DNA of 64,000 nucleotides from Bacteroidota bacterium (GTDB lineage Bacteria; Bacteroidota; Bacteroidia; Bacteroidales; JACABE01). Positions 1-7,851 of this stretch are shown piece after piece. Both the position numbers and the translations under genes were made by a program. Location of the stretch: NCBI GenBank assembly GCA_026391675.1, contig JAPLDQ010000021.1, positions 94,060-158,059 on the forward strand, written 5' to 3'. The notes below the pieces were generated by a model. That model was not told the DNA's origin, made no database searches, and worked only from the letters and a program-made list of their open reading frames with translations. Numbering within the stretch: the first letter of the stretch is position 1; the number at the start of each line of letters is the position of its first letter.

Positions 1-10
1 ACTCTCAGAA

Positions 11-265
11 ATGACCTATAGAAAACTTGATTTCTATCCTTTAATAATCGGGAATACAAAGGGAAGCAGAAGTCTTGACAAATATACCGTATTAAACAAA
101 GAAATAAAGCTGTTACCAATTGCAATTGCAATGAAAAATGCTAAACTGACAAATAGAACCGACACCATTATTGTATGGTTAAAACCAACGGAATCATTAA
201 AAAAAGCTTTACCGGAATCGATAAATATTGAAGATTATCTTAAAGTTCCAGCGATAGAAAAATGA
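11..265 (+). CDS. hypothetical protein, 84 aa from the first ATG. The frame stays open to the window edge, so it may be 5'-truncated.
   Basis: ORF track; no motif recognised. It is followed directly by the conserved element at 278-405. Confidence 0.35.
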   Translation: MTYRKLDFYPLIIGNTKGSRSLDKYTVLNKEIKLLPIAIAMKNAKLTNRTDTIIVWLKPTESLKKALPESINIEDYLKVPAIEK

Positions 266-277
266 AAAATTAAGCAT

Positions 278-405
278 AACAGCACTATGCTTCAAGCGTG
301 GTTTAACAACAAAGTGAAATAAAAAACATTAATAAAAAAAGTATCGGGCTGAAAGGAAAGGAACGATACAATCCCAGCCTGAATGCTAGCTGTGAAACGT
401 TATAT
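278..405 (+). repeat. copy 1 of a conserved ORF-trailing element (ends ..GTGAAACGTTAT)
   Basis: Aligns by eye with 992-1127. Shared blocks are TTCAAG.G.GG(T)TTTAACAACAAAGTGAAATAAA, CGGGCTGA, GGAAAGGA, ACAATCC..GCCTGAA and GCTG.G.AACGTTAT. Confidence 0.6.
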
Positions 406-424
406 TTAATTTAAGAAGACAAGC

Positions 425-991
425 ATGACAAAGAAATTGATAATATTAATTTTAGCTATAATATCAATCATAGGCTGTGACAACAACAAGGAAATTGACA
501 AGGCAGCTAGCAAAAATGCGAAAGAGAAAGAAGTTCAGCAAAAAATAAATAAATCAACTGACAAAAAGACTAATCAAATAAGAATTGGAGATTATATGTC
601 TGATACATCCGACTTTTTCTGGTACGCAAAACAAAGTGATACCGCAAGTTATTGGATACGAATTGTTTTCCAGAAAGAATTTGCTGTTTATCAATTTCAT
701 GGACAATGCATTTATTGGTTTTTTACAAATCATTATTATACTAAGGCTGATAAAATTGAACTTTTATGGTCATATAAATCTGATTGTTTATTAACGATGG
801 ACTTTCTAAGAAAATCAAACGGGGTTAAAAAGTTTCCAAAAGCTGGAGATGCTTTTTGTGAATACAGTTTATTAAATGACACAGTAATTGTCGTGAAATA
901 TAATTTTCCTGAATGGACTGAAAAAATTAATAAAATGGAGAAAGATTCAATATTCCCAAAATATTTATATTTAAAGAAAAGCGGCATATAA
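425..991 (+). CDS. putative lipoprotein of unknown function (188 aa)
   Basis: N-terminal signal peptide ending ..ISIIGC (lipobox-like Cys); no catalytic motif seen. Confidence 0.6.
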   Translation: MTKKLIILILAIISIIGCDNNKEIDKAASKNAKEKEVQQKINKSTDKKTNQIRIGDYMSDTSDFFWYAKQSDTASYWIRIVFQKEFAVYQFHGQCIYWFFTNHYYTKADKIELLWSYKSDCLLTMDFLRKSNGVKKFPKAGDAFCEYSLLNDTVIVVKYNFPEWTEKINKMEKDSIFPKYLYLKKSGI

Positions 992-1127
992 CAACAGCTT
1001 GTTTCAAGTGGGGTTTTAACAACAAAGTGAAATAAACAAAGCAGCGGGCTGATCATCGCCTGTGGCGGGACAGGGAGGAAAGGATGATTACAATCCCCGC
1101 CTGAAAGTACGCTGCGGAACGTTATCA
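992..1127 (+). repeat. copy 2 of the conserved ORF-trailing element (ends ..GCGGAACGTTAT)
   Basis: Has the same 5' and 3' blocks as 278-405, with a GC-rich insertion of about 25 nt in the centre (1051-1075). Confidence 0.6.
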
Positions 1128-1261
1128 TTGTATTCATTAATCCCATCAACAATCAGAGATAGTATCTTTATATGAATTTTTCCTTCCCCATACAACCCTT
1201 AGCCCGATAATAACGTCTTAATGGCAATCATCTCATTTTGTCAAATAATAAAAAACCATTT

Positions 1262-2812
1262 ATGAAAAAACTAAGATTTACATTATTTCTGTCGCTTTGC
1301 GTGATACTGATACAGGCTCAAACCACTGCCTACCTCAAGGTAGCTGACAACGGTTATTTTGAAAAAATTGAAAAAGTTTCCTCAGGGGGATATATCACTA
1401 CGGGATTCGACAGCAATTACAAAGTTCAGATTATCCGATGGGACAATAGCTTTAACATAACGTGGAAATATGTTTTCAACGATACCAACATCATGACAGC
1501 ATCTCCTAAAATAGTGGAAGCCAACGATGGTAATTTTTATTTTTTAATGGGTTCTCATGAGCATACAGCATCCAGCTGGATTGTAAAATTCAGTCAGGCT
1601 GGTGCATTGCTATGGCAGAAAATTTATTACCTGACTTCAGGCAATATGAATTCAATAGCCCTTTCCAAAGCTTTGCCCGGCGACAACGGCTTTTTGATAG
1701 GAGGCGGGCAGAATACCGCATCCAATTATATCATAAAATGCGCTGACGATGGCAGCATACAGTGGCAGTACCAGTATTTGTATCCCCTGAGTACAGGAGG
1801 AATGGCCTGCTACAGTATTATAGCCGATGGATCGGAATACGTGGTTTCGTCGGGCTACAACACCAACTCCCTGCTGACTATGAAAATCAGCGCTGCAGGA
1901 AACATCAATTCGCATTCAGCTTATACCTACTCTGCAATGCAGATAATCCCAAGCCGCATCGTGAAACTAAACAGCAGCGGTGGATATGCCATTCTGGGAG
2001 GTTATAACAATACCAACAACAATAAAACCGAGTTTGTGGCAATTTACAACGCTGCACTCAATCTGCAATCGTTTAACGAGCTGACTGTAACCTATAACCA
2101 GTTTATCCTTAATGATATCACCGCAATCAATAACGGGAGAAGCCTGATTGTTGACGGAAGTATTTACGATAACTCGGCTTTCACCATTGCCATGATTAAT
2201 CTTTCGAATACCGGCTCTGTTATATGGAAAAAACGGGCTTACGGAAACACCGCTACCACCAACAAAAATGTTGAATTCAGGGGGCTTACCGAAAACGGAA
2301 CTACGTCTGTTCATGTTGGAGAGGGTTTAAATGAAGGCCGTGTGATAGCCGTGATCGATAGCAATGGGAATGGCTTGTGTAACAACGATATGGCTTTTAA
2401 TATGACCAATGTTCACCCAAGCCTCATTCTGCAAGCGCAAACCCTGAGTGTTGCAATGCTCAATGTAACAAAATCCAGTGTTAATTATGTTTACTCGAAT
2501 TACGCTTCTTATAATAAACAGATTTATTGTGGAAGCCTTCTGGCAATTGATGACAATACCGGAAACCAGCCACTTGTTTCCACCATTTACCCTAATCCTG
2601 CTACCGATAAACTATGCATAGATTTACATCAGTTAAAAAATCTGCAAAACACCAGCATTTTTATCTATGATATGCAAGGTCAGCTACTGTTACAACAAAC
2701 CATAACGGATACAAAATCAGAAATCAGCATCAGCAGTTTTGCTAAAGGTGTTTATATGATAAAACTAAGTAATGACATGAAAAGCATGGTAAGTAAGTTT
2801 GTTAAGGAATAG
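1262..2812 (+). CDS. secreted repeat protein with a T9SS C-terminal sorting domain
   Basis: Signal peptide MKKLRFTLFLSLCVILIQAQ. The C-terminus reads ..IYPNPATDKLCIDL..GVYMIKL.., a typical Por/T9SS CTD. I prefer the ATG at 1262 to the track start at 1238 (TTG). Confidence 0.8.
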   Translation: MKKLRFTLFLSLCVILIQAQTTAYLKVADNGYFEKIEKVSSGGYITTGFDSNYKVQIIRWDNSFNITWKYVFNDTNIMTASPKIVEANDGNFYFLMGSHEHTASSWIVKFSQAGALLWQKIYYLTSGNMNSIALSKALPGDNGFLIGGGQNTASNYIIKCADDGSIQWQYQYLYPLSTGGMACYSIIADGSEYVVSSGYNTNSLLTMKISAAGNINSHSAYTYSAMQIIPSRIVKLNSSGGYAILGGYNNTNNNKTEFVAIYNAALNLQSFNELTVTYNQFILNDITAINNGRSLIVDGSIYDNSAFTIAMINLSNTGSVIWKKRAYGNTATTNKNVEFRGLTENGTTSVHVGEGLNEGRVIAVIDSNGNGLCNNDMAFNMTNVHPSLILQAQTLSVAMLNVTKSSVNYVYSNYASYNKQIYCGSLLAIDDNTGNQPLVSTIYPNPATDKLCIDLHQLKNLQNTSIFIYDMQGQLLLQQTITDTKSEISISSFAKGVYMIKLSNDMKSMVSKFVKE

Positions 2813-2953
2813 CGTTGACAGACTAAGAACCTCTGCCTGACAGCAATGCCTGGCCTAAAGCTGTATAAAGTGGTAATTTAAAAGATATTGAAATTTAATA
2901 TATATTTGTAGTTGATTGATTGGAAACAGGGTCTTAATATGCCTTGAGCCAAA

Positions 2954-2968
2954 CAGCGGAACGTTAAT
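2954..2968 (+). repeat. possible third (3'-end only) copy of the ORF-trailing element: CAGCGGAACGTTAAT
   Basis: Matches the terminal block GCTGCGGAACGTTAT of copy 2. It lies in the intergenic region after the T9SS gene. The upstream part (2813-2953) is only loosely related. Confidence 0.3.
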
Positions 2969-3006
2969 TAATTCTTTTTTGAAATAAATTTATATATAAA
3001 AATAAA

Positions 3007-3168
3007 ATGGAGGAAGATGCAAAAGAATTAATTAAACGGGCAATTCTTCATGTATTTGTAAATAAAAATAAATATCAACTGGATGACAATGAAAAAGAAT
3101 TAATTAGAAGGTTTTTTCTTTTTGTTCTTGCTATAATTATTTCACTTTTAGTTTTTTTGTCATTTTAA
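3007..3168 (+). CDS. 53-aa tail-anchored micro-protein MEEDAKELIKRAILHVFVNKNKYQLDDNEKELIRRFFLFVLAIIISLLVFLSF
   Basis: Translated by hand (below the track's length cut-off). A TATATTTG -7-like box lies about 85 nt upstream. The C-terminal 20 residues are hydrophobic and there is an internal (D/N)xKELI(K/R)R repeat. Confidence 0.35.
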   Translation: MEEDAKELIKRAILHVFVNKNKYQLDDNEKELIRRFFLFVLAIIISLLVFLSF

Positions 3169-3201
3169 AAACTTATATTTTATTGTGATGCAGATTTTAT
3201 A

Positions 3202-3376
3202 ATATTAAATCATCAGCGAAATATTTACTAAGAAAATCATCTGATGACAAATTTAGCTGCTTCTAAATAATGCTTTTTTGTTTACATTTATACCTGAGCA
3301 TTTTATTAAAATAATGTATTTTTGCATTAAACTAATAAATGCAAAAATTTATGAAAAGAAAACATTACAATCTTAT
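3202..3376 (+). repeat. direct repeat copy 1 (duplicated terminator-promoter-start module of the fucosidase gene)
   Basis: Aligns along its whole length with 4541-4710, for example TTTTGTTTACATTTATACCTGA.CATTTT..TAAAATAATGTATTTTTGCATTAA and ATGAAAA.AA.ACATTACAATCT. Confidence 0.8.
3317..3324 (+). promoter_or_regulatory. Bacteroidota -7 box TATTTTTG (duplicated copy, now upstream of fic)
   Basis: Matches the TAnnTTTG consensus and is identical to the box at 4652-4659. Confidence 0.4.
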
Positions 3377-3392
3377 ACAAAAGTCAATGTAG
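3351..3392 (+). pseudogene. 13-codon remnant of the fucosidase 5' end (MKRKHYNLIQKSM*)
   Basis: Compare MKKIHYNLISGM at 4685. It lies inside direct repeat copy 1. Confidence 0.45.
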
Positions 3393-3491
3393 TGTTAGAA
3401 TTTTATATAAAATATTCGCCAATAAATTAACAATTACAAAAACGCTGACACAACTATAAACTCCTCAATTAAAGAGATTAAATTTCAGACC

Positions 3492-4535
3492 ATGGATAAT
3501 TTTGATGATTACATACGCCAGGGTGAGCCCAACAAAGCTGAAAAAGCAAGAGATTGGAAAACAGCTATCGGCTTGCAACAGGTTGACGGACTAATACCGT
3601 CTGATTATCTGATAGAAACTGCCAGAAAAAATATTGAAGGCGACATTACTATTGAAGAAGTTAAGCAACAAATAGACAGTTATTACCGGCAGCATCCTGT
3701 AAAAAATGACGAAAGCCGTACCGAAGAAGCAGACAAAGTTTCGGCACGAATTGCAGAAATTTTAAGCGAAAAATCATTTACCTTTTCACCGGCAGAATAC
3801 ATTGCTATTCATCGCAGGTTATTTCAAGGCATTTATAAATATGCAGGCAAAATCCGTGATTACAACATCACCAAACAAGAGTGGGTGCTAAATGGCGAAA
3901 CGGTTTTATATGGAAGTGCCAGAAGTTTAAAAGCCACATTGGAATACGATTTTGAACAGGAAAAAAAGTTTAGCTATAAAGGATTAAGTCAGCAAGAAGC
4001 TATAGAACACATAGCAGATTTTATTTCCTATCTTTGGCAAATTCATATTTTTGGTGAAGGCAATACACGAACAACAGCCATTTTTTTAATTAAATATTTG
4101 CGTACATTTGGCTTTAATGTAAACAACGATATGTTTGCAGAGTATTCATGGTATTTTCGAAATGCATTGGTAAGAGCTAATTACAATAATCATGCAAAGA
4201 ATATTCACGCTGCCAATGAATTTTTATTGCGTTTTTTCGAAAACTTATTGCTTGGCGAAAACCATATCCTGAAAAACCGGGAAATGCACATTCGGTTTGT
4301 TGAAGCTGTAATTGACCCTGTAAAAGCTAATAATGACCCTGTAAATGACCCTGTAAAAAGAAATATCCTGCAACATTTAAAACAAAATCAAAAAGCAAAT
4401 TATAGCGAACTTGCCGGCAAAACTGGATGTTCTACAACTACTATAAAAAGACATATTCAGGAACTTAAAAAATACGGAATAATTGAACGCATTGGAAGCG
4501 ACAAAAGTGGTTATTGGCGTATTATTGAACAATAA
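3492..4535 (+). CDS. Fic/Fido-domain protein with a VbhA-like N-terminal helix and a C-terminal winged-helix domain
   Basis: Fido motif HIFGEGNTRTTA. The N-terminus AIGLQQVDGLIPSDYLIETARKNIEGDITIEEV resembles the VbhA antitoxin fold. The C-terminal ..YSELAGKTGCSTTTIKRHIQELKKYGIIERIG.. looks like a wHTH. Confidence 0.85.
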   Translation: MDNFDDYIRQGEPNKAEKARDWKTAIGLQQVDGLIPSDYLIETARKNIEGDITIEEVKQQIDSYYRQHPVKNDESRTEEADKVSARIAEILSEKSFTFSPAEYIAIHRRLFQGIYKYAGKIRDYNITKQEWVLNGETVLYGSARSLKATLEYDFEQEKKFSYKGLSQQEAIEHIADFISYLWQIHIFGEGNTRTTAIFLIKYLRTFGFNVNNDMFAEYSWYFRNALVRANYNNHAKNIHAANEFLLRFFENLLLGENHILKNREMHIRFVEAVIDPVKANNDPVNDPVKRNILQHLKQNQKANYSELAGKTGCSTTTIKRHIQELKKYGIIERIGSDKSGYWRIIEQ

Positions 4536-4540
4536 AAAAA

Positions 4541-4710
4541 ATATTCAAATCATCCAGTGCTAATAAAAAAGTCTTCTGATGACTAATTTACCTGCTTCTT
4601 AAGGCTGATTTTTTGTTTACATTTATACCTGATCATTTTCCTAAAATAATGTATTTTTGCATTAAGCTATTAACCCAATTATTTATGAAAAAAATACATT
4701 ACAATCTGAT
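4541..4710 (+). repeat. direct repeat copy 2 (native terminator-promoter-start of the fucosidase gene)
   Basis: See 3202-3376. Confidence 0.8.
4652..4659 (+). promoter_or_regulatory. -7 box TATTTTTG of the fucosidase gene
   Basis: Matches TAnnTTTG, 26 nt upstream of the ATG at 4685. Confidence 0.45.
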
Positions 4711-6031
4711 CTCAGGAATGGTTTTTTTATTCCTTCTTTTACCTCAATTCAGTCCTGCCCAGAATAAAATCGAGCCCAGGGATATCGAAGAAAAAATGCA
4801 GTGGTTTTCCGATGCCAAGCTCGGCATTTTTATCCATACCGGCATTTATGCCGTTAAAGGAATAGGGGAGTCTTGGAGCTTTCATAACAAGCACATCAGC
4901 CATGCTGATTATATGAAACAACTCAGCGGTTTTACCCTTAAAAATTACAATCCTGCTTTCTGGGCTGATTTGATTAAGGAAAGTGGTGCCCGTTATGCTG
5001 TTATCACCACCAAACACCACGACGGCGTTGCCATGTACGATACCAAACTGAACAATCGCAGCATTGTTAAAGCCACTCCTGCCAAACGGGATATGATACA
5101 ACCTTTTTATGATGAATTGCGCAAGCGTAATATTAAGTGTGGTGCCTATTTCTCTTTAATTGATTGGTCAGATAATAACTACCCCGGATTTTTAAAGGAC
5201 AGTTCAAGGTATAAAATAGAAAATGATTATGTACGCTGGAATAATTTCCGTGGCTTTTTTCAGGGACAAATCAAAGAAATTGCCCAAAACTTAAAACCTG
5301 ATTTATGGTGGTTCGATGGCGACTGGGAACACAATGCCGAAGAATGGGAATCGCAAAAAGTACGGAATATCATACTTGCTTCAAATCCAAAAGCTATAAT
5401 AAACGGCCGTTTACAGGGCTGGGGCGATTATGATACACCGGAACAGAATTTCCCGGTCAGCCGTCCCAAATACAATTGGTGGGAATTGTGCATGACCACC
5501 AACGAAAGCTGGGGCTATCAGCAGGATGATACCATCTGGAAAACGCCCTATGAAGTGATTACCATATTTGTGGATGCTGTTTCAAACGGTGGAAATCTTT
5601 TGCTGGATATGGGCCCTAAAGCAGACGGAACTATACCCGAAGAGCAGATTCTTGTGCTGAAGGAACTGGGAGCCTGGAATAAAAAGAACGGAGAAGCCAT
5701 CTTCAATACAGTAGGAGGCATCCCTCAGGGGCATTTCTACGGTCCGACAACCTTATCTAAAGATTCAACTTGCCTTTATCTGTTTTTACACGGCAAAACC
5801 AGCGGAACCATAATGCTGAAAGGATTGGTAAATAAAATCGAAGGCATTACAGTTTTGGGAACAAATGCCAAACTTAATTTTAAGGTTGTGGGTAAAATTT
5901 CATGGAGTTCTGTTCCCGGCCTTGTTTATATTGATGTCCCTGAATATGTAAATGATAAATATGTAACGGTATTAAAGCTTAAACTGGATAAACCTATAAG
6001 ATTGTACCGCGGGCATGGAGGGTTTTATTAG
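4685..6031 (+). CDS. alpha-L-fucosidase, GH29 family
   Basis: Signal peptide, then ..WFSDAKLGIFIHTGIYAV.., ..AVITTKHHDGVAMYDT.. and ..WWFDGDWE.., all typical GH29 blocks. I use the ATG at 4685 because the track extension from 4613 lies in promoter sequence. Confidence 0.85.
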   Translation: MKKIHYNLISGMVFLFLLLPQFSPAQNKIEPRDIEEKMQWFSDAKLGIFIHTGIYAVKGIGESWSFHNKHISHADYMKQLSGFTLKNYNPAFWADLIKESGARYAVITTKHHDGVAMYDTKLNNRSIVKATPAKRDMIQPFYDELRKRNIKCGAYFSLIDWSDNNYPGFLKDSSRYKIENDYVRWNNFRGFFQGQIKEIAQNLKPDLWWFDGDWEHNAEEWESQKVRNIILASNPKAIINGRLQGWGDYDTPEQNFPVSRPKYNWWELCMTTNESWGYQQDDTIWKTPYEVITIFVDAVSNGGNLLLDMGPKADGTIPEEQILVLKELGAWNKKNGEAIFNTVGGIPQGHFYGPTTLSKDSTCLYLFLHGKTSGTIMLKGLVNKIEGITVLGTNAKLNFKVVGKISWSSVPGLVYIDVPEYVNDKYVTVLKLKLDKPIRLYRGHGGFY

Positions 6032-6044
6032 AAAATTAAAAAAT

Positions 6045-6136
6045 ATCCACAGATTAACACAGATAATAAAACACTGATAAGCTCAGATAAAAAAAATATC
6101 TGTGAACATCAGTGGAACATCAGTGATATCAGTGGA
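6045..6136 (+). terminator. long imperfect hairpin built from ATCAGTG/CACAGAT words, downstream of the fucosidase gene
   Basis: ATCCACAGAT (6045-6054) pairs with ATCTGTG....GTGGAT (6097-6136), and the arms are imperfectly complementary throughout. Confidence 0.4.
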
Positions 6137-6186
6137 TAAGGGTTGGTAATAAGAATATTATTTTAAAAAAAACTTATAACTTAAAA

Positions 6187-7836
6187 ATGCGAATAATCAA
6201 AACACTTTTCTTTGTTTTATTGTGCAATTCCTTGTTTGCCCAATCCAACAAAACGGCTACTATTGTTTACGAACAATATGAAAATAAAAAATTGATCAAG
6301 GACAGGATCATCACTGTTAAATGCAGTAAAACCAATGCCAGCATTATCAACTCTTCGGCAACCGAAAGATTTTATATCAATTACCGCAAGCAATTTACGA
6401 CCAAAACCGGTATTATCAGCGATAAGAAATATGCTGTCAATACCATGTTCAAGGCTTTAAGCCAGGCTGAATTCACTAATGAAACAGATACCGTTTTGGG
6501 CTATCATTGTAAAAAAGTAAATTTTGATGTTTTTTCCAATAAAATTCAGGTTTGGTATACCAAAGATTTAAATTATAAAGGCTCACCAAGCATTTCTTTT
6601 GCTCCTGTTGATGGCCTGATATTAAAATATGTATTTAACGGTAACCGCACGGTAGTCGCAAAATCTATAACAATGTCTGATGAAGCGGTCGATTTACCTG
6701 CTGAAGATTATCTTAAAGTTGACGATCCAACCTATGCTGCGGCTCAGATAAAAGCCAGATATACAACTATACCTGTTTTTTACCATGAACAAATCAATTT
6801 CGAACACGATATAAAAAATCTACAGGAAGATGTGTTGAATCAGACCTATCGTTATTCAAAAGGAAACGTAATTGTAAAGAAAATAAAACTTCCGAAAAAC
6901 AGGGATAAAGGCATGTTTTTTATTCAGCTCTGCGATTGGTCGAACGGTGATGCTTACGACAGGGTGGGCAGCGTTTTTACATTTTCAACAAAATCCGATA
7001 AGAACATATTAAATGCATTAAAGAAAGGTATCGGTCAGTTCCCGGTTTATTCTGACAAATCAAAAGCATTGTATCAGGGTATTATTGCAAAAGACGATTA
7101 TTCCCCGGCTGTTGAACTGATGCGTTTTTTTACGCCTTTCGGTGTGGGGCATTTTAATAATAAAAGGCCGATTGCCGGCTATAACTGGTGCGATTCAGCC
7201 GTTTTTAAGCAGGATGTTACTTCCCTTATCCCAACGGATGAAGATGAAATCTGGATAGGCGTTTATATTGGCAATTATGATAAAGGCGGACATAAAGTAA
7301 GTCTGGAACTTGATTTTTATCCTGAACCGGAAATGACAGCTGTAAATAAATACATCAGTCCGTTATTCACTACAGTAAATATTATGGAAGCAGCCGGTCA
7401 GAACTATGGCAAGCTTTTTCAGGATGATACATTAAATATGCAGTTTGAAATCCCGGATTCCTTGCAGGATTTAAATTTATTGTTTACAACTACCGGTCAT
7501 GGTGGTTGGGATACCGGTGATGAATTTATGCCTAAACTGAATCAGATTTATATTGATGGCAAACTGGTCTTTCATCATATTCCATGGAGAACCGATTGTG
7601 GAACCTACCGTTTGTTAAACCCTGCATCGGGCAATTTCCCTGATGGTTTATCCTCCAGTGATATCAGCCGTTCAAACTGGTGTCCGGGCTCGCTTACGCC
7701 GCCGTTTATTGTACCGCTGGCTTTTCTTACAAAAGGCAAACACAGTCTGCAGCTGATTATTGATCAGGGTAAACCCGAAGGCACAAGTTTTAGCCACTGG
7801 TGTGTTACAGGTGTTTTGGTAGGAAACAGGAAATAA
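6187..7836 (+). CDS. two-domain secreted protein: N-terminal GLPGLI-like domain plus C-terminal PNGase F-like (peptide-N-glycosidase) domain
   Basis: Signal peptide. PVDGLILKY resembles the GLPGLI signature. CDWSNGDAYDRVGSVF resembles PNGase F CDEWDRYANVYV. TGHGGWDTGDEF....RSNWCPGS resembles PNGase F SGWGH...RAGWCPGM (recalled from memory). Confidence 0.6.
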   Translation: MRIIKTLFFVLLCNSLFAQSNKTATIVYEQYENKKLIKDRIITVKCSKTNASIINSSATERFYINYRKQFTTKTGIISDKKYAVNTMFKALSQAEFTNETDTVLGYHCKKVNFDVFSNKIQVWYTKDLNYKGSPSISFAPVDGLILKYVFNGNRTVVAKSITMSDEAVDLPAEDYLKVDDPTYAAAQIKARYTTIPVFYHEQINFEHDIKNLQEDVLNQTYRYSKGNVIVKKIKLPKNRDKGMFFIQLCDWSNGDAYDRVGSVFTFSTKSDKNILNALKKGIGQFPVYSDKSKALYQGIIAKDDYSPAVELMRFFTPFGVGHFNNKRPIAGYNWCDSAVFKQDVTSLIPTDEDEIWIGVYIGNYDKGGHKVSLELDFYPEPEMTAVNKYISPLFTTVNIMEAAGQNYGKLFQDDTLNMQFEIPDSLQDLNLLFTTTGHGGWDTGDEFMPKLNQIYIDGKLVFHHIPWRTDCGTYRLLNPASGNFPDGLSSSDISRSNWCPGSLTPPFIVPLAFLTKGKHSLQLIIDQGKPEGTSFSHWCVTGVLVGNRK

Positions 7837-7851
7837 ATAGAAATACAGAAA

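Noticed and set aside
341-405. Assignment of the conserved element to a known riboswitch or ribozyme class (hammerhead CUGA.GA/GAAAC, twister, ZTP CCGCCUG)
   Set aside because: Only short partial matches exist (CUGAUCA, GAAACGUU in one copy, CCGCCUGAA). The core nucleotides are not conserved between the two copies, and it cannot be confirmed without a covariance-model scan.
383-410. Xer/dif-like site (TTATATTTAAT resembles the XerD arm TTATGTTAAAT)
   Set aside because: The similarity is not shared by copy 2, and there is no matching XerC arm or palindromic partner.
278-1127. Canonical integron attC sites (R'' RYYYAAC ... R' GTTRRRY)
   Set aside because: GTTTAAC/TTTTAAC and GTTATAT/GTTATCA boxes lie at plausible spacing (about 105-114 bp). 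However, the flanking L''/L' regions are not complementary (about 20 unpaired nt on the 5' side against 5 on the 3' side). The R' boxes deviate from GTTRRRY, and no integrase is in the window. The observation is kept only as an attC-like analogy in the findings.
3741-3760. Sigma-54 promoter-like GGCACG..TTGC
   Set aside because: The spacing between the GG and GC elements is too short, and it lies inside the fic coding sequence.
4613-4684. N-terminal extension of the fucosidase ORF (track start 4613)
   Set aside because: The extension covers the duplicated promoter and -7 box. The signal peptide begins at the ATG at 4685. Similar spurious extensions were trimmed for recF (11493-11564), ispH (12371-12445), aroQ (24803-24829), guaD (12996-13037) and the radical SAM gene (36777-36890).
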